DNA from: Anthoceros angustus | Taxonomy: Eukaryota > Plantae > Anthocerotophyta | DNA: 64,000 nucleotides | Assembly (NCBI GenBank): GCA_010909165.1 | Contig: VJWM01000302.1 | Location: 47,214 to 111,213 of the forward strand | Direction of reading: 5' to 3' | Part shown: positions 49,182 through 61,272 of the stretch, one piece after another | Layout of the letters: every line of letters begins with the position of its first letter | Numbering within the stretch: the first letter of the stretch is position 1 | Program-made: the position numbers and the translations under genes | The notes under the pieces: generated by a model | What the model was told of the DNA's origin: nothing | Database searches by the model: none | Seen by the model: only the letters and a program-made list of their open reading frames with translations

Positions 49182-49557
49182 TTCGGCGGTGGTGATGACA
49201 ACAATGCTAGCTTTCGATTACGCTCATTACAGACGGATCAAGCAGAACCACGATCGAAGATGAGGAAAGTGACGCGTATCAGAATCGAATTAACACGGAG
49301 TGCAGATCCGTGTTGGGAACCTTCTATCGCCGCTGGATGGGCAATTGGTGACAAGTTGTGGGGAATGCTGGTAAACAGATAGTGCCCAAAGTGGTGTTTG
49401 TGACCTAGGACCCCAACTTTGAGTAGGGGGGCCATTGGCGGCGTTTGCGGCTCTTATTTATATCATAGAAATAGGTAAATAAAATGAAAAACATGATAGC
49501 GTTTGGTTCAAGATAAAATTGCTTTGTTAGAAAAATGAGCGACTATACTGTGTGACA

Positions 49558-50952
49558 TACCCCTCCCCCCCGCCTATTCAATCAATGATGCTCTGGCGAA
49601 AATGTCCACCTCTGCCAAATGTGGTTGTAGGAAAGATTGCTGCCTATCTTATGCTTCTAAGAAGAAGCTATGGCACAAGTGGATTACAAGGATGCTACGA
49701 CTTGATGGATAAAAAGGCTTACTTGTGTGGGCGTTTGCGAGATGGGTGGAGACGGCATGGGGAGGATATGACAAGAAGGGCTAAAAGAAAGGTGCAATAT
49801 ATTAAATAAGGGTTATCCAATATTTAAGACATCCTAATTTCTATATGAGTTTTAGGATCATAATAACCTAGCATAAATTTTCTGCTTGATGCTGTAAACA
49901 CATTTTGTTTCCTAAGTGTATTAAAGACAAAAACATGGGCTATTATAAGCGAATTCTACCAAAAGGTGACCAGGAAAATAAAGTATACATACTCACCTTA
50001 GGTTTAAGTGAAAAGGAGATGTCCGGACTCCTATATATGTGAGGAAACTACCATCCACATGATAAAAATAGCAAGTCTCCCATGTGAGGAATTTCCAGGA
50101 CATATCAAACATATTTTCCGTAGGTGCCTTTGGTGCTAAGGGAATTTATTGTTTTAATCACATAAATACTGCTTAAATATTATTTTTATTTTTAATATAA
50201 ATATTCCAGGTTCTATGTTGGCGTCTATGAAGAGGAAGGCGGATGACCTAAGCTATTTTGAGATAGAAGAAGAAAATGTTCAGAAAAATAGTAAGACAAT
50301 AATTTTTGGGCTAAGATTTTAAGGTTATCTTAAATCGGCCCTAAGGCTATAGGGTGAGTATTAGGTTAAAGGTTTGGACAGTGTCCATTATACCCAAACA
50401 TTTCATGTGTTTCCTATGTAACTCAATTCCCAATGACTTTGTTAATAAATCAGCATTGTCTAAAGTTTGAACATAACTAATATTTATGGTTGATCTTCTA
50501 ACTTTTCCCTTATGTAGTGATACTCAACAGCTATATGTTTAGTTCTAGAATGAAAAAGCGATTTCGTGCAAGTGCAATGGCACCGCTATCACTAAACAAA
50601 GATGTAGGCTTAAGTTGAGGATGGTGAAGTTCACTCAAAACTAACGACCACACTATGTCTTTAGAACCGAGGTTAGTACCTCAGATTCGATCTTGACAAA
50701 GCTATAGTAGGTTGTTTCTTACTTGACCAGGATATTGGTGCTCCTCCCAAGAGTAATACATACCATCTGATTTTAGGTGTGGGGTCACTAGTCATCGGCA
50801 TGCGTTAGAGTTAATGTGTTGATAGCTGGTGTATGCTTGAACATCGATCCTGTGTACATAGTGCCTTTAAGGTATCTAATATACGCTTGAGACATCCGAT
50901 TACGCCGTGGTTCTCCAAGAATTGTGGCGAGGCTGACTTCAAAAGATATATC
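49558..50952 (-). mobile_element. Copia-A fragment (3' region and RNaseH)
   Basis: Colinear with 1565-2952. Confidence 0.9.
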
Positions 50953-51370
50953 CGGTTGGGCAATGAGTTTATCATTGATGCATAGCAGGATCGTATGCTC
51001 ATCGATTCGAGTTTACGGACGAATATTATTAATGGATGTACTCGATCGCTTGGCAACGGTACCAAAGCGATGGGTAGATGAGATATTGGAAGAAGGACGG
51101 AGTCGCAACAAGTTCGCAAAATGGATAGGTTGCCACATTATCCCGTCAATGTGGTGGGCGAACCAAGGCGAGCATGGCCCACGCTTGTTAGCACGGCTCG
51201 ATCGTATGCTTTTCGGAGGAGGAGCGGTATGGTTCTGGATTCGAAGGTGATGAGATCGGGAACCTCGATTTCGAGCAGGCGAGCTATGGGTTTTGATGCG
51301 CGATCGCCACACATGGTGTTTCGAGGCCTATCGTTGCAAGTTGATGGGGAGCTTTTGATCTAAAGCTGTT
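50953..51370 (+). pseudogene. DNMT domain, motifs VIII-X (copy B)
   Basis: Colinear with 38520-38960: VPKRWVDEILEEGR...DRLPHYPVNVVGEPRRAWPTLVS...RAMGFDA. Confidence 0.88.
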
Positions 51371-51479
51371 GCGGTGGTTGATCAACATAGGGGCACGCAA
51401 ATAGTCACATGTCGTTCAAGGCAAAGGGCATTTCTGGTGTCGAGCGGAGAGATGGATCTACCATCTAACGATCAAGGAA

Positions 51480-53100
51480 AGTTATCGCGGTAGATGAAGC
51501 AAGTTGTAAAGGCTCGTTGAGAAGGAATCAAAGAACACATTTGGCGATATGTGGAGACTTGGGAAGGATCAACAGAGAATTATTGACATGTTAGAAAGGA
51601 ATCGACATGCATTTGCATTCAAGGAGGCTGGGAAGATATGATCGCATAAAATTGAATCGAGACCACCACGAGTGAGCCAAGATTCGGGAAGGAACTCAAC
51701 CCCTCGGAATGGGACATTGTGGACAAAGCGATGCAAAGAGTTAGAGGCAGCTGGTTTGATCGTAAAGTCGACTTCTCGGTATCTGCATAGTGTTGCCTCT
51801 TAAAAAGATGAGAACGGCGAATGGAAGGATAGGCGCATGTGGTGATTATCGAGCCACGAATGAAGTAACTCCATGGAACGATACCCATGCCTACTCGATG
51901 AGATCTTTGACGCCATTGGGAAGCCACCTATTTTACCATGTTAGACTTCGATCCGGCTTCAACCAGATTGTCATTGAGGAAGGCAACAAATGCAAAACAG
52001 CTTTTGGGGCAAGGAACATGGGGTGGGAGACCATATGCTTGGACTCAAGAATGCGTCCATCTACTTTCGGTGGTGACTTAGAGTTGCAGGCTAACCTTCA
52101 TGAAATGCTACATCGATGATATTCATTCGACAGCAGCTTGGAGGAGCATCTGGAACATCTAGAGATTTTGCTGCAAAGATTATCAAGCTCAGGGCTGAAG
52201 GCCCACCCGAAGAAATGCAAGTTTGCGTACAAAGAAATTGAATACTTGGGACACAAGATTGTGCTAGGAGGAGTACAGCCCCAATTGGCCAAGATACAAG
52301 CTGTCAATCTCATGCCAAGGCCAAAGGACGTTGCTGCCTTAAGAGCTTTTCTAGGACTCGTTAATTATTATCGAAGATTTATCAGGAACATGAGCGGCAC
52401 ATGCAGGGTGTTATACGAACTTTTGAAGAAGGGCATTCAATGGCATTGGGAACAGGAGCATGAGCAGGCATGGAATGATTTGAAGGAGCAATTAGCAGAA
52501 AGACCAGTGCTCAGAAGGCCCAACTTTGAGAAGCCATTCATATTGTATACGTTGGAGTGCCGGGCATAGGTCTTGTGCTTGCTCAGATCAAAGCGGTGAG
52601 GAACAGTCGTGGCATACGCAAGTAGATCCAACAATTCAGAGGCAAACTATTCCTCCTATGAAGGGAATGTTTGGCTAGATATCCGCCTTGCATTTCCGTG
52701 TGTATTTGTTTGGTCGTAGTTTTCAGCTGGTGACTGACCATCAGCCGTTGCACTGGTTAATGACAAACATGAAGTTGAGTGGAAAGCTTGCTAGGTGGGC
52801 GCTATTGCTTTCAGAGTATGATATACAGATAGTACACAGGGTAGGCAAGGTGCATCATAATGCTGATGGATTCAGCAGGAATCCGATGGTGAGTGAGGAC
52901 GATGCTTGGGGCACGACAGGACTTTGGAATAGTGAAAAATATGCCCAGTGTATTCATGGCACTTATGGCCACAACGCAAGAAACTGGAGGGTGGCTTGGT
53001 GACGCTGTTCGAGATATTTGGAAACATGAGCGAGCTATACAGTTGTTGCAGACCGGACGGGTGGATGGTTTGAACGACATCGCGATAAAAAAATTGCAAG
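51480..53100 (+). pseudogene. RT and RNaseH (copy B)
   Basis: YIDD at ~52110. HPKKCKFAYKEIEYLGH, LRAFLGLVNYYRRFI, LVTDHQPLHWL, ARWALLLSEYD. Confidence 0.93.
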
Positions 53101-53127
53101 ATAGAGTAGCGAGATACACTTGGAAAG

Positions 53128-53945
53128 ATGGCAAGATGTTCATTGATGATCACGTGTGATAAAAGAGGTGCCACTGTCAATGAACGAGAGAGAATAGTGA
53201 CTAAGGTACATAAAACCCTTGGGCACTTCGGGATGAAGAGAACACGCCATATGCTAAGACATAGTTATTTCTGGTCAGGCATGAGTTCAGATGTTGAGAG
53301 AGTAGTTGCCAAGTGTGCTGCTTGTGATGCGGTTAAAGCAAGATTCAATAGCCAGGACGTGGTGCTGCACTCGCTACCCATCAAAGGTCTTTTCTTCAGA
53401 TGGTCAGTGGACTTGATGCCGGAGTTGCCAGTGACAAAGCAAGGAAACAAGCATTGCATGTTGATGATCGAGCATTTCTCAAAATGGGTAGAAGTGGCCT
53501 TCTTACCAGCCAGGACATCAGAGTATACCGCTAGAGCATTCTTGGTGTATTGAGCGGTATGGAAGCATGCGAAGTCGGCGGATCAAGGGAATGAATTTCG
53601 AGGGAATTTCGTGCCGCTTGATAGAAGTTTTGATCGATCAAACTGGATAATTTGGCTATTGCCCGGACCGAGATCGGTATGCCTTTACAGCGGAGGTTCT
53701 TGGAAACCAAAGCAAGAAAGTTTGAAGTAGGGGACTTTGTATACCTCAACAGACCTTCGAGGAACGCTCGATGTGAGCCTGGAAGGTTGATTTTGAGAGT
53801 GGTAACTATAGGGGAGCAAGGAGTGGTTGAACTGGAAGGACAAGATGGAGCGTCGTTGCAAGGAACACATGCGTCACCTTGCACCATGTCACTTACCCAA
53901 CTTGGACACAGAATACAACCACAGGCTTGGAAGCCGCCGATTGAT
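53128..53945 (+). pseudogene. DDE integrase (copy B)
   Basis: HKTLGHFG...CAACD zinc-binding region, RWSVDL, (T)DQGNEF at ~53580. Confidence 0.93.
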
Positions 53946-53951
53946 TTACCG

Positions 53952-54081
53952 TGTGAACTTTGTGGTCATATGTAGACCAGGCGATGCTTTTGTGTGACCG
54001 TGCAACAAAGGGTATCACAGTTTACGCCTCTGACCACCTTTGAAAAGGATTCCGAGAAGAGGCCGGTTACATCAGCGATGT
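53952..54081 (+). pseudogene. PHD finger C-terminal to integrase
   Basis: Across small shifts: CELCGH...AMLLCDRCNKGYH...PPLKRIP...QRC, the Cys4-His-Cys3 spacing. Confidence 0.8.
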
Positions 54082-55699
54082 TCAACACAAGTGATGGATC
54101 AAAAGGAAAATAAGGCACCAGGTGGAGATCATGCAGGATCAGTGGGGTTAAAACCCAACTTACCATAAGTAAATTGATCCGAATAAAAACACGTTCGCTT
54201 GTGGTCGATGTCAAACAAAGCAAACAAGCGGGCGCCGAGAAGCATAAGCGGGCGTGTGCAATCAAGACCGGTAGCATAGAAGTAGTAGTTTTCCATAAGT
54301 TTTGAGATCACACATAGAAGAGCAAGCACGGTGATGCGAGAGATTTTGGCGGTGATTAGGTCTCAACTAAAGCTGCAGTCGCGGAGAGGACGAGTCAGCG
54401 GCACATCCTCACGATGCGGCTGGTTGAGCTTGATGTTGAGATTTGGCATCGGCTAGTGTTTTGGTTGTGAAAAGCGATGACGGTGGTTTTGCGCGATTCG
54501 TGGCCGATGATTGCATAAGGAACATAAGGCGTACGAGTGGCGGTTCCTTGTTCCTGTGATCCGCATGAGAATAAAGCGAACTTCGCATCGAGATACGGTC
54601 GAGCAAACTACACGGGCTTTCATAGGGCCTTCGGGAAGAATGAAGAGCGGCGGTAAAACCAAAGGGACCTTGTTCGCGGTGATCACGGACGATGGGGTCG
54701 AGATCGTCTCGTAGGCTTTGCAAAAAGGAGGAAGAGGTTGAGATTCGGAACATAGCTTGGCAATCGGAGGAAGTGTCATCATTGTGGGAACTTCACCCGA
54801 GCTCCTCATTGTCCATGATTCGAGACAATGAACTTGTTGAAAAATGGACTCAGCTCAAGTATTTGCCCGAAAAGCCCATGATGCCCTCGGATATGAAGAG
54901 CTTACTCGGTTTTCTTTGTGAATCCCACCACATGAGGTGTTCGATAGAATATTATCCCACGGATCATCGGGATTTGTTTGAGCTGCGAAGAGGCACAAGA
55001 ACCTACCATGGGTGTGGACATCTTATTGCGAGGTGCATATCGCAAGATAGAAAATCATCTGTTCATGCACCAAGTGTTTGATGACTATCCTCTCTGTCTA
55101 CGGTGATTTGGGGGCTGATGAGTTTCCCAAGGACATGAAGTCCCTTGAATGTGGTTCGCTCACTTTCATGACCAAAGCGGTATGTGTTTTGGTTGGCCTC
55201 GACATTTCTATGATTTTGCAACCCGCGACATGGCAATTTGGGATGGGTGATAAAACTATGCAGCGGTTTACCACACTTCAACAAGCCGAGGATCATATGG
55301 GTCTCACCATCTCAACCTACGGTGCACATCGGACGGGAAGCTTGATTCGCGGTGGTGATGCTATGCTTTAGATTACGCACGCTCATTACAGACGGATCAA
55401 GCGGGGAACCCGCGAAGATGAGGAAAGTGGCCAGCGTATCGAATTCAGTGCCACGGTCAGGTCGTGTTGGGAACCTTCTATTTGGATGGGCAATTGGTGA
55501 CAAGTTGTGGGGAATCTTTGTCAGATGGTGCCCAAAGTGGTGTTTGTGACCTAGGACCCCAACTTTGAGTAGGGGGCCATTGGCGGCGTTACTCTGTTAT
55601 ATCATAGAAATAGGTAAATAAAATGAAAAACATGATAGCGTTTGGTTCAAGATAAAATTGCTTTGTTAGAAAAATGAGCTATCTTGGTGTGGTATGACA

Positions 55700-58600
55700 T
55701 GCCCCCCCCACCTGTTCAATCAATGATGCTCCCGAAAATGTCCACCTCGCCAAATGTGGTTGTAGGAAAGATTGCTGCCTATCTTATGCTCCTAAGAAAA
55801 GGGATATGTGGATTGCAGTGCTAACTTCTTTGGATAAAAAGGCTTACGTGGTTGTGTGGCAGCGTTTGCGAGGCGGATGGGTGGAGATGGCATGGGGAGG
55901 ATCGACAAAGAAGGGCTAACAAGGTGGTGGAATATATTAATTAAAGGTTATTCATTTAAACATCCTAATTTCTATATGAGTTTTAGGATCTATAACCTAG
56001 CATAAATTTTACTGATTGATGCTGTAAACACATTTTGTTTCCTAAGTGTATTAAAGACAAAAACATGGGCTATTATAAGCGAATTCTACCAAAAGGTGAC
56101 CGGAAAATAAAGTATACATACTCACCTTAGGTTTAAGTGAAAAGGAGATGTCCGGACTCCTATATATGTGAGGAAACTACCATCCACATGATAAAAATAG
56201 CAAGTCTCCCATGTGAGGAATTTCAGGACATATCAAACATATTTTCCGAGGTGCCTTTGGTGCTAAGGGAATTTATTGTTTTAATCACATAAATACTGCT
56301 TAAATATTATTTTTATTTTTAATATAAATATTCCAGGTTCTATGTTGGCGTCTATGAAGAGGAAGGCAGGATGACCTAAGCTATTTTGAGATAGAAGAAG
56401 AAAAATGTTCAGAAAAATAGTAAGACAATAATTTTTGGGCTAAGATTTTAAGGTTATCTTAAATCGGCCCTAAGGCTGCTAGGGTGAGTATTAGGTTAAA
56501 GGTTTGGACAGTGTGTCCATTATACCCAAACATTTCATGTGTTTCCTATGTAACTCAATTCCCAATGACTTTGTTAATAAAATGACATTGTCTAAAGTTT
56601 GAACATAACTAATATTTATGGTTTGATCTTCTAACTTTTCCCTTATGTAGTGATACTCAACAGCTATATGTTTAGTTCTAGAATGAAAAAGCGAGATTTC
56701 GTGCAAGTGCAATGGCACCACAGCTATCACTAAACAAAGATGTAGGCTTAAGTTGAGGATGGTGAAGTTCACTCAAAACTAACTTTGGACCACACTATGT
56801 CTTTAGAAGCGAGGTTAGTACTGATTCGATGACAAAGCTATAGTAGGTTGTTTCTTACTTGACCAGATATTGGTGCTCCTCCAAGAGTAATACATACCCT
56901 GATTTTTTATGTGGGTCCACATAGTCGGCATCGGTATGCCGTTAGAGTTAATGTGTTGATAGCTGGTGTATGCTTGAACATCGATCCTGTACATAGTGCC
57001 TTTAAGGTATCAATATACGCTTATGACATCCGATTGCTCCGTCGGTTCTCAAGAATTGTGAGAGGCGACTTCAAAAGATATATGGTCTCGTAAAATTGCA
57101 TAAATATATTAGAGTGCCAGATGTCGTATGGAAGCTATGACATTTCTAGCTTTTCTTGCTTTTGGGACTCATATGAGGTAAGCCTAACACCACTTGCAAA
57201 AGGTGTGGGTGCAGCTTTGCATCCTCAAGTCCAAATTTAGCTAAACTCTCCTTAATATACTTGGTTTGAACTATACTTAGAGTCTTATTACCTCTATTTC
57301 GTATAATATTAACACCAAGTGCATATGTCATTTCTCCTAGATCGGACATCTCAAATAGAGTCCTAAGCCATGCTTTAGTTTCGCTAGGAGAGTGAGGGAG
57401 TTTGTTGCCATAAAAACATCATCAACATAAAGTAGAAGATAAAATATATCATTGCGGATATTAGGATGTACATACAAGCATCACCACGGCTTTGCTTAAA
57501 TCCTCTCCCAATAAGTTGTACATGTATGGTTAAATTCCAATTCTTGTTGCTTAAGGCCATACAAACCTTTGATGAGTCGGCATACCCAATCTTCTTTGCC
57601 TTTGACTTGAACCTCGGGTTGTCTCATGTATATTTCCTCTTGCGGCCCATACAAATATCTTTGTCTTAACATCCATCATGTGGAGTTCAAGATCATGTTG
57701 GGCACATAAGGCAAATATCATTCGTGTGGCAAATTTGGCTCTTGGGGCATAAGTGGCCCAAGGTATGTAATCTAGACCGAGAATTTGTGTAAACCTCGCT
57801 ACTAGGCGTGCCTTATACCTTTCTATAGAACCATCTCCTTTTCTTTTAATTTTGAATACCCATTTGCTGGTTACTATCTTCCTACCCCTAGGTGGTTTGA
57901 CCAATTCCATGTAGAGTTATTAACTAGGGAATTATATTCGATCTGACTACCTTCCATAAGTCTTTTTCGGAGAAGAGAAAGCTTGTTTTAAGGTAAGAGG
58001 TTCTTCGGGTCTATAGTTGCCTTATGCGACTTGAGAATAAAGTGATATAGGGGTATAGGATCATCAAAACAGCTAGGTATCCTAAAGGAGGTTCCTTCCA
58101 ACTGCAGGACCGAGATAGTAGGTCGGGATCTAAGGTTGTACCTTTGTGCAGTGCATCATCCACGGAGGCGGGATCAACGACGGGATCCTGGCTCCACAAT
58201 GTCATCCTCCGGAGGGTCATCAAACTCATCATCATGAGTGTCAAGGCGCCTCTGGGATGTCAACATCGAGTTCGTGCAGTTACCGTTGTGGAATAGATGC
58301 TAACTCCTCCTCCTCGCATAATAGGTTCAACTAAAGGAACACGAGAAGCGGGAATGGGAAATGGAGTGAAATAATCAGTGTCATCAAAATAAGAAGGGTC
58401 AATGGTCTCATCAAGAGGAGGACCAAGCCTATCAGCTCCTGTGGGGAAAAGAGGTAAGACTCATGAAAAGTAACACTCGGGTATAAAAGTTGCCTTGTAG
58501 AAGGGTTGAACAATTTGTACCCTTTGATACCTTGGTGTAGCCAATGAAAAGTGTACTTAGCGCTTTGGGATCCAACTTACATGCTTTGGGAATAAAAACA

Positions 58601-61272
58601 TATGCGGGATCCAAAAATTGAAGGTGGTCAATAGAAGGCTTCTTGCCAATGAATGCTTCATATGGAGTCATACCTTGAGCTGATGTAGGCAATCGATTCA
58701 TGAGATAGGTTCTTTGTGAGGGCCTCCCAATAAGCCTTAGATAACTTAGCTTGTACCAATAAGCAACTGTGATCTCTTGAGGCGTAGATTCTTGTTCTCG
58801 GCCACGCCATTTTGTTGAGAGTGTAGACAAGCGTAAGTTGTTGAGCTATACCTTGACTCGACAAAATCCTCAAATTCGATGATGTAAACTCTCCACCATT
58901 GTCGGAACGTAAGGTCTTGAGTTTGTGATCTCATTTCATGTAGTCCTTGAAGAAGTGAAAGGCATCACTCTTGTTTTTCGGGATGTAGGAAAAGACAAAG
59001 CGAGAGAAATCATCTGTGAAGGTCAAAAATATCTACTACCACTAAAGGAGGGTGTAGACAAGGGTCCACAAATGTCTGTGTGTACTATCTCTAAAGGTGA
59101 CTTGGCCCTTTGTGGAGATTTATTTTTGAAAGGCTCTTGATGTCGTTTAGTGAGGACACAAGATTCGCACCAAGGTAGGTGTTCAACCTTTGCAAGGCAA
59201 GGGGTTCTATATAAAGCTCCCTTAGACATTTGGATTAACTTTTGACTATTAGGATGACCAAGGCGACAATGCCAAAGCATGGTTTGGGTAGGTGTCGCTG
59301 AGTTTGGAATGGCAACATTAGCGAATGGGTGGCTCCCACTTGTCTTGACAATCTATAGAGACCATCATCTAAAGTGCTGCGGATTGTATAGTTTCTATCA
59401 CTTATGAAAGAGAGAAGACAACTATTCGCATAAAGGATCACCAGTGTGTTCTTGACAAAGACTTGCGGTGATACTAGATTCTTGCACATTGAAGGAACAT
59501 GGAGGACTTGATGAAGATGAAGAAGAACGAATCACACTTGAATACAATCGAACCAACACCCGCTATGGGTAGGTTGTGATCATCTCCAGGAGGATCGATG
59601 TGTGGGTGTGAGTAAGACTCAAAAGAGTTTCATTGTAACAAATATGTGAAGTAGCTCCAGTCTAAGTACCATGAGGTATTGGAGGGCTTGGAAGAAGCCA
59701 AGCACACAGTGAAACCTTCTGGAGTTGAGGAAGATTGTTTCTTGCAATGTTAGCTCAGTGGGGCCTCCTTAGGTTCCCATTCTTCTTCTTCGACAATCCT
59801 TTTCCATGTGATTTGGGATTCGCACCAATTACATATAATCCCGATCTTCTTGTTACCTCTTGCGGTGTTGAAGAAGATGCCTCTCCATCATGGAAAGTAT
59901 GTGCAGGATATGGGGTCGTTGGAAAGTAGAACCTCGGCCTCGCCTCGTCCTCTTCCTCTACCCCTTTGTGAATACATCACTGCCTTGTTGGCTCGAGTGA
60001 TGATGGCGTCTTGCCTCCTCCTAGCAATGCTCCAATAAGTTCGGAACACGATGTCCGGCTCTTCATTTGGATCTTCATCTGCGCTTTTCGACATTCGAAT
60101 CGCATTTTGAGTTGTAATGAAAGCCCTATAAGAAGGTGGCAATGAAGATAAGAGAATGACGTAAGCCTCCATCTCGAGATAGGTACGCCATTGAAGATTC
60201 CAAATGGGATCGTGCCAATCGAAATGCATTAACATGATGTTCGATGGTGTCGGACTCCTTCATTGAGAGGTTGCGGAAGTTACGTGAAGGCGCAACAATA
60301 CTCATTACATCTCGAGATGAATATAATTGAGCAAGGTGAGTCCACATATCCTTGGAGGTCTTTGCGTGCGACATGTCTCACCATATGTTGAGAAAGTCCA
60401 GCGACCAATAAATCTTGTGCCTTCGTCCTGGCGTCCCGGAAGGTTGAAGTTCACGTTCAAATCGGGCGTGTGGCCTTGGAATTGATCCATCGACGATGCC
60501 CCAAAGGTCTCTTTGCCGCAAAGCTCCTCGCATTCTCAATGACCAGATGTCATAATCCTTCCATTGAATCTATCTTTCTCTTTGAAAGCATCACCATAAT
60601 GATAATGCAATGAAGTGTTAGCATTATCATTACCCAATGGGGAATTAGGCAGTTTGTTCTTCATCATTGATCACTCCAGCCATTGTAGGTGATTTAGAGG
60701 ACTAGGCCTCGCGGTACACCTCATCTTCTCTGCATGCACGAAACTCTTCTCTTGCATCATAATCGATTCGGATGATGATAGCATGCTCTCAAATCTGCGC
60801 ATTATCAACCTTAGAGAGAATAGACAATTTTATCCTTAATTCAGATAATTCTCTCTTAAGATCAAAGATTGGATTCTAAGAGTTGCTAATTGATTATCAA
60901 TTTCTTGAAATCTAAGAGTTTCTATGCTATTTTTGTCTTGCAGACTAGAAGATAAAGGAGTACTAATACCAACTTTCAAGTTTGGGATATGTTGGAGAGC
61001 TAATTCTAATGCCTTGACGTGAATTGGGCTAAAAACTTCTAGCAAATCACGTCTAGCTAGCTTGATAAACTTCCCTTGATCTGGTTTAGAGATTAAAATA
61101 GATGCAATGAAGTTTGCTATACAAGAGGAGGTTTCTTCTATCTCTCCCTCTATAGCTTGTTGTCTTCTATTGCTTCTATGTGTTGGACTCTAATTTGTTC
61201 TTGTTGTCTTGCAGGACTACCTCTCTTCTTAACTCTATGCCTCCTCCTTCTAGAGGGAACACTGATCCATGG
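55700..61272 (-). mobile_element. Copia-A copy 2 internal region (resumes after the Gypsy insertion)
   Basis: Colinear with 1565-7130; RNaseH 56491-56772, RT to 57910, integrase to 58934, Gag to ~61045. Stops ~190 bp short of the PBS. Confidence 0.93.

Larger units (their letters stand above)
32959..49557 (+). mobile_element. DNMT-carrying Ty3/Gypsy retroelement, copy A (with nested insertions)
   Basis: Termini TGTCA...TGACA inside the Copia-A PPT. Order gag-CCHC-PR-DNMT-RT-RH-INT-PHD-ORF. PPT-like GAGTAGGGGGG at 49421-49431. Confidence 0.82.
47885..50952 (+). repeat. ~3.07 kb direct duplication (second copy 54095-57085)
   Basis: Colinear orphan ORF, element 3' end and Copia-A 3' region; offset ~6.2 kb; differences are mostly small indels. 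Confidence 0.9.
50953..55699 (+). mobile_element. DNMT-carrying Gypsy, copy B (5'-truncated)
   Basis: Continuous DNMT C-half, RT, RH, INT, PHD, orphan ORF, PPT (55567-55576), TGACA end. Confidence 0.88.

Noticed and set aside
32959-49557. DIRS/tyrosine-recombinase element as the explanation for missing LTRs
   Set aside because: It encodes a protease and a DDE integrase, and no tyrosine recombinase motif was seen.
53900-54400. Chromodomain after integrase
   Set aside because: The residue pattern is the Cys/His PHD type; no chromodomain aromatic cage or WEP motif was found.
2351-61272. Programmed frameshifts or biologically meaningful stops in pol genes
   Set aside because: Indel positions differ between near-identical copies, consistent with sequencing error or decay.
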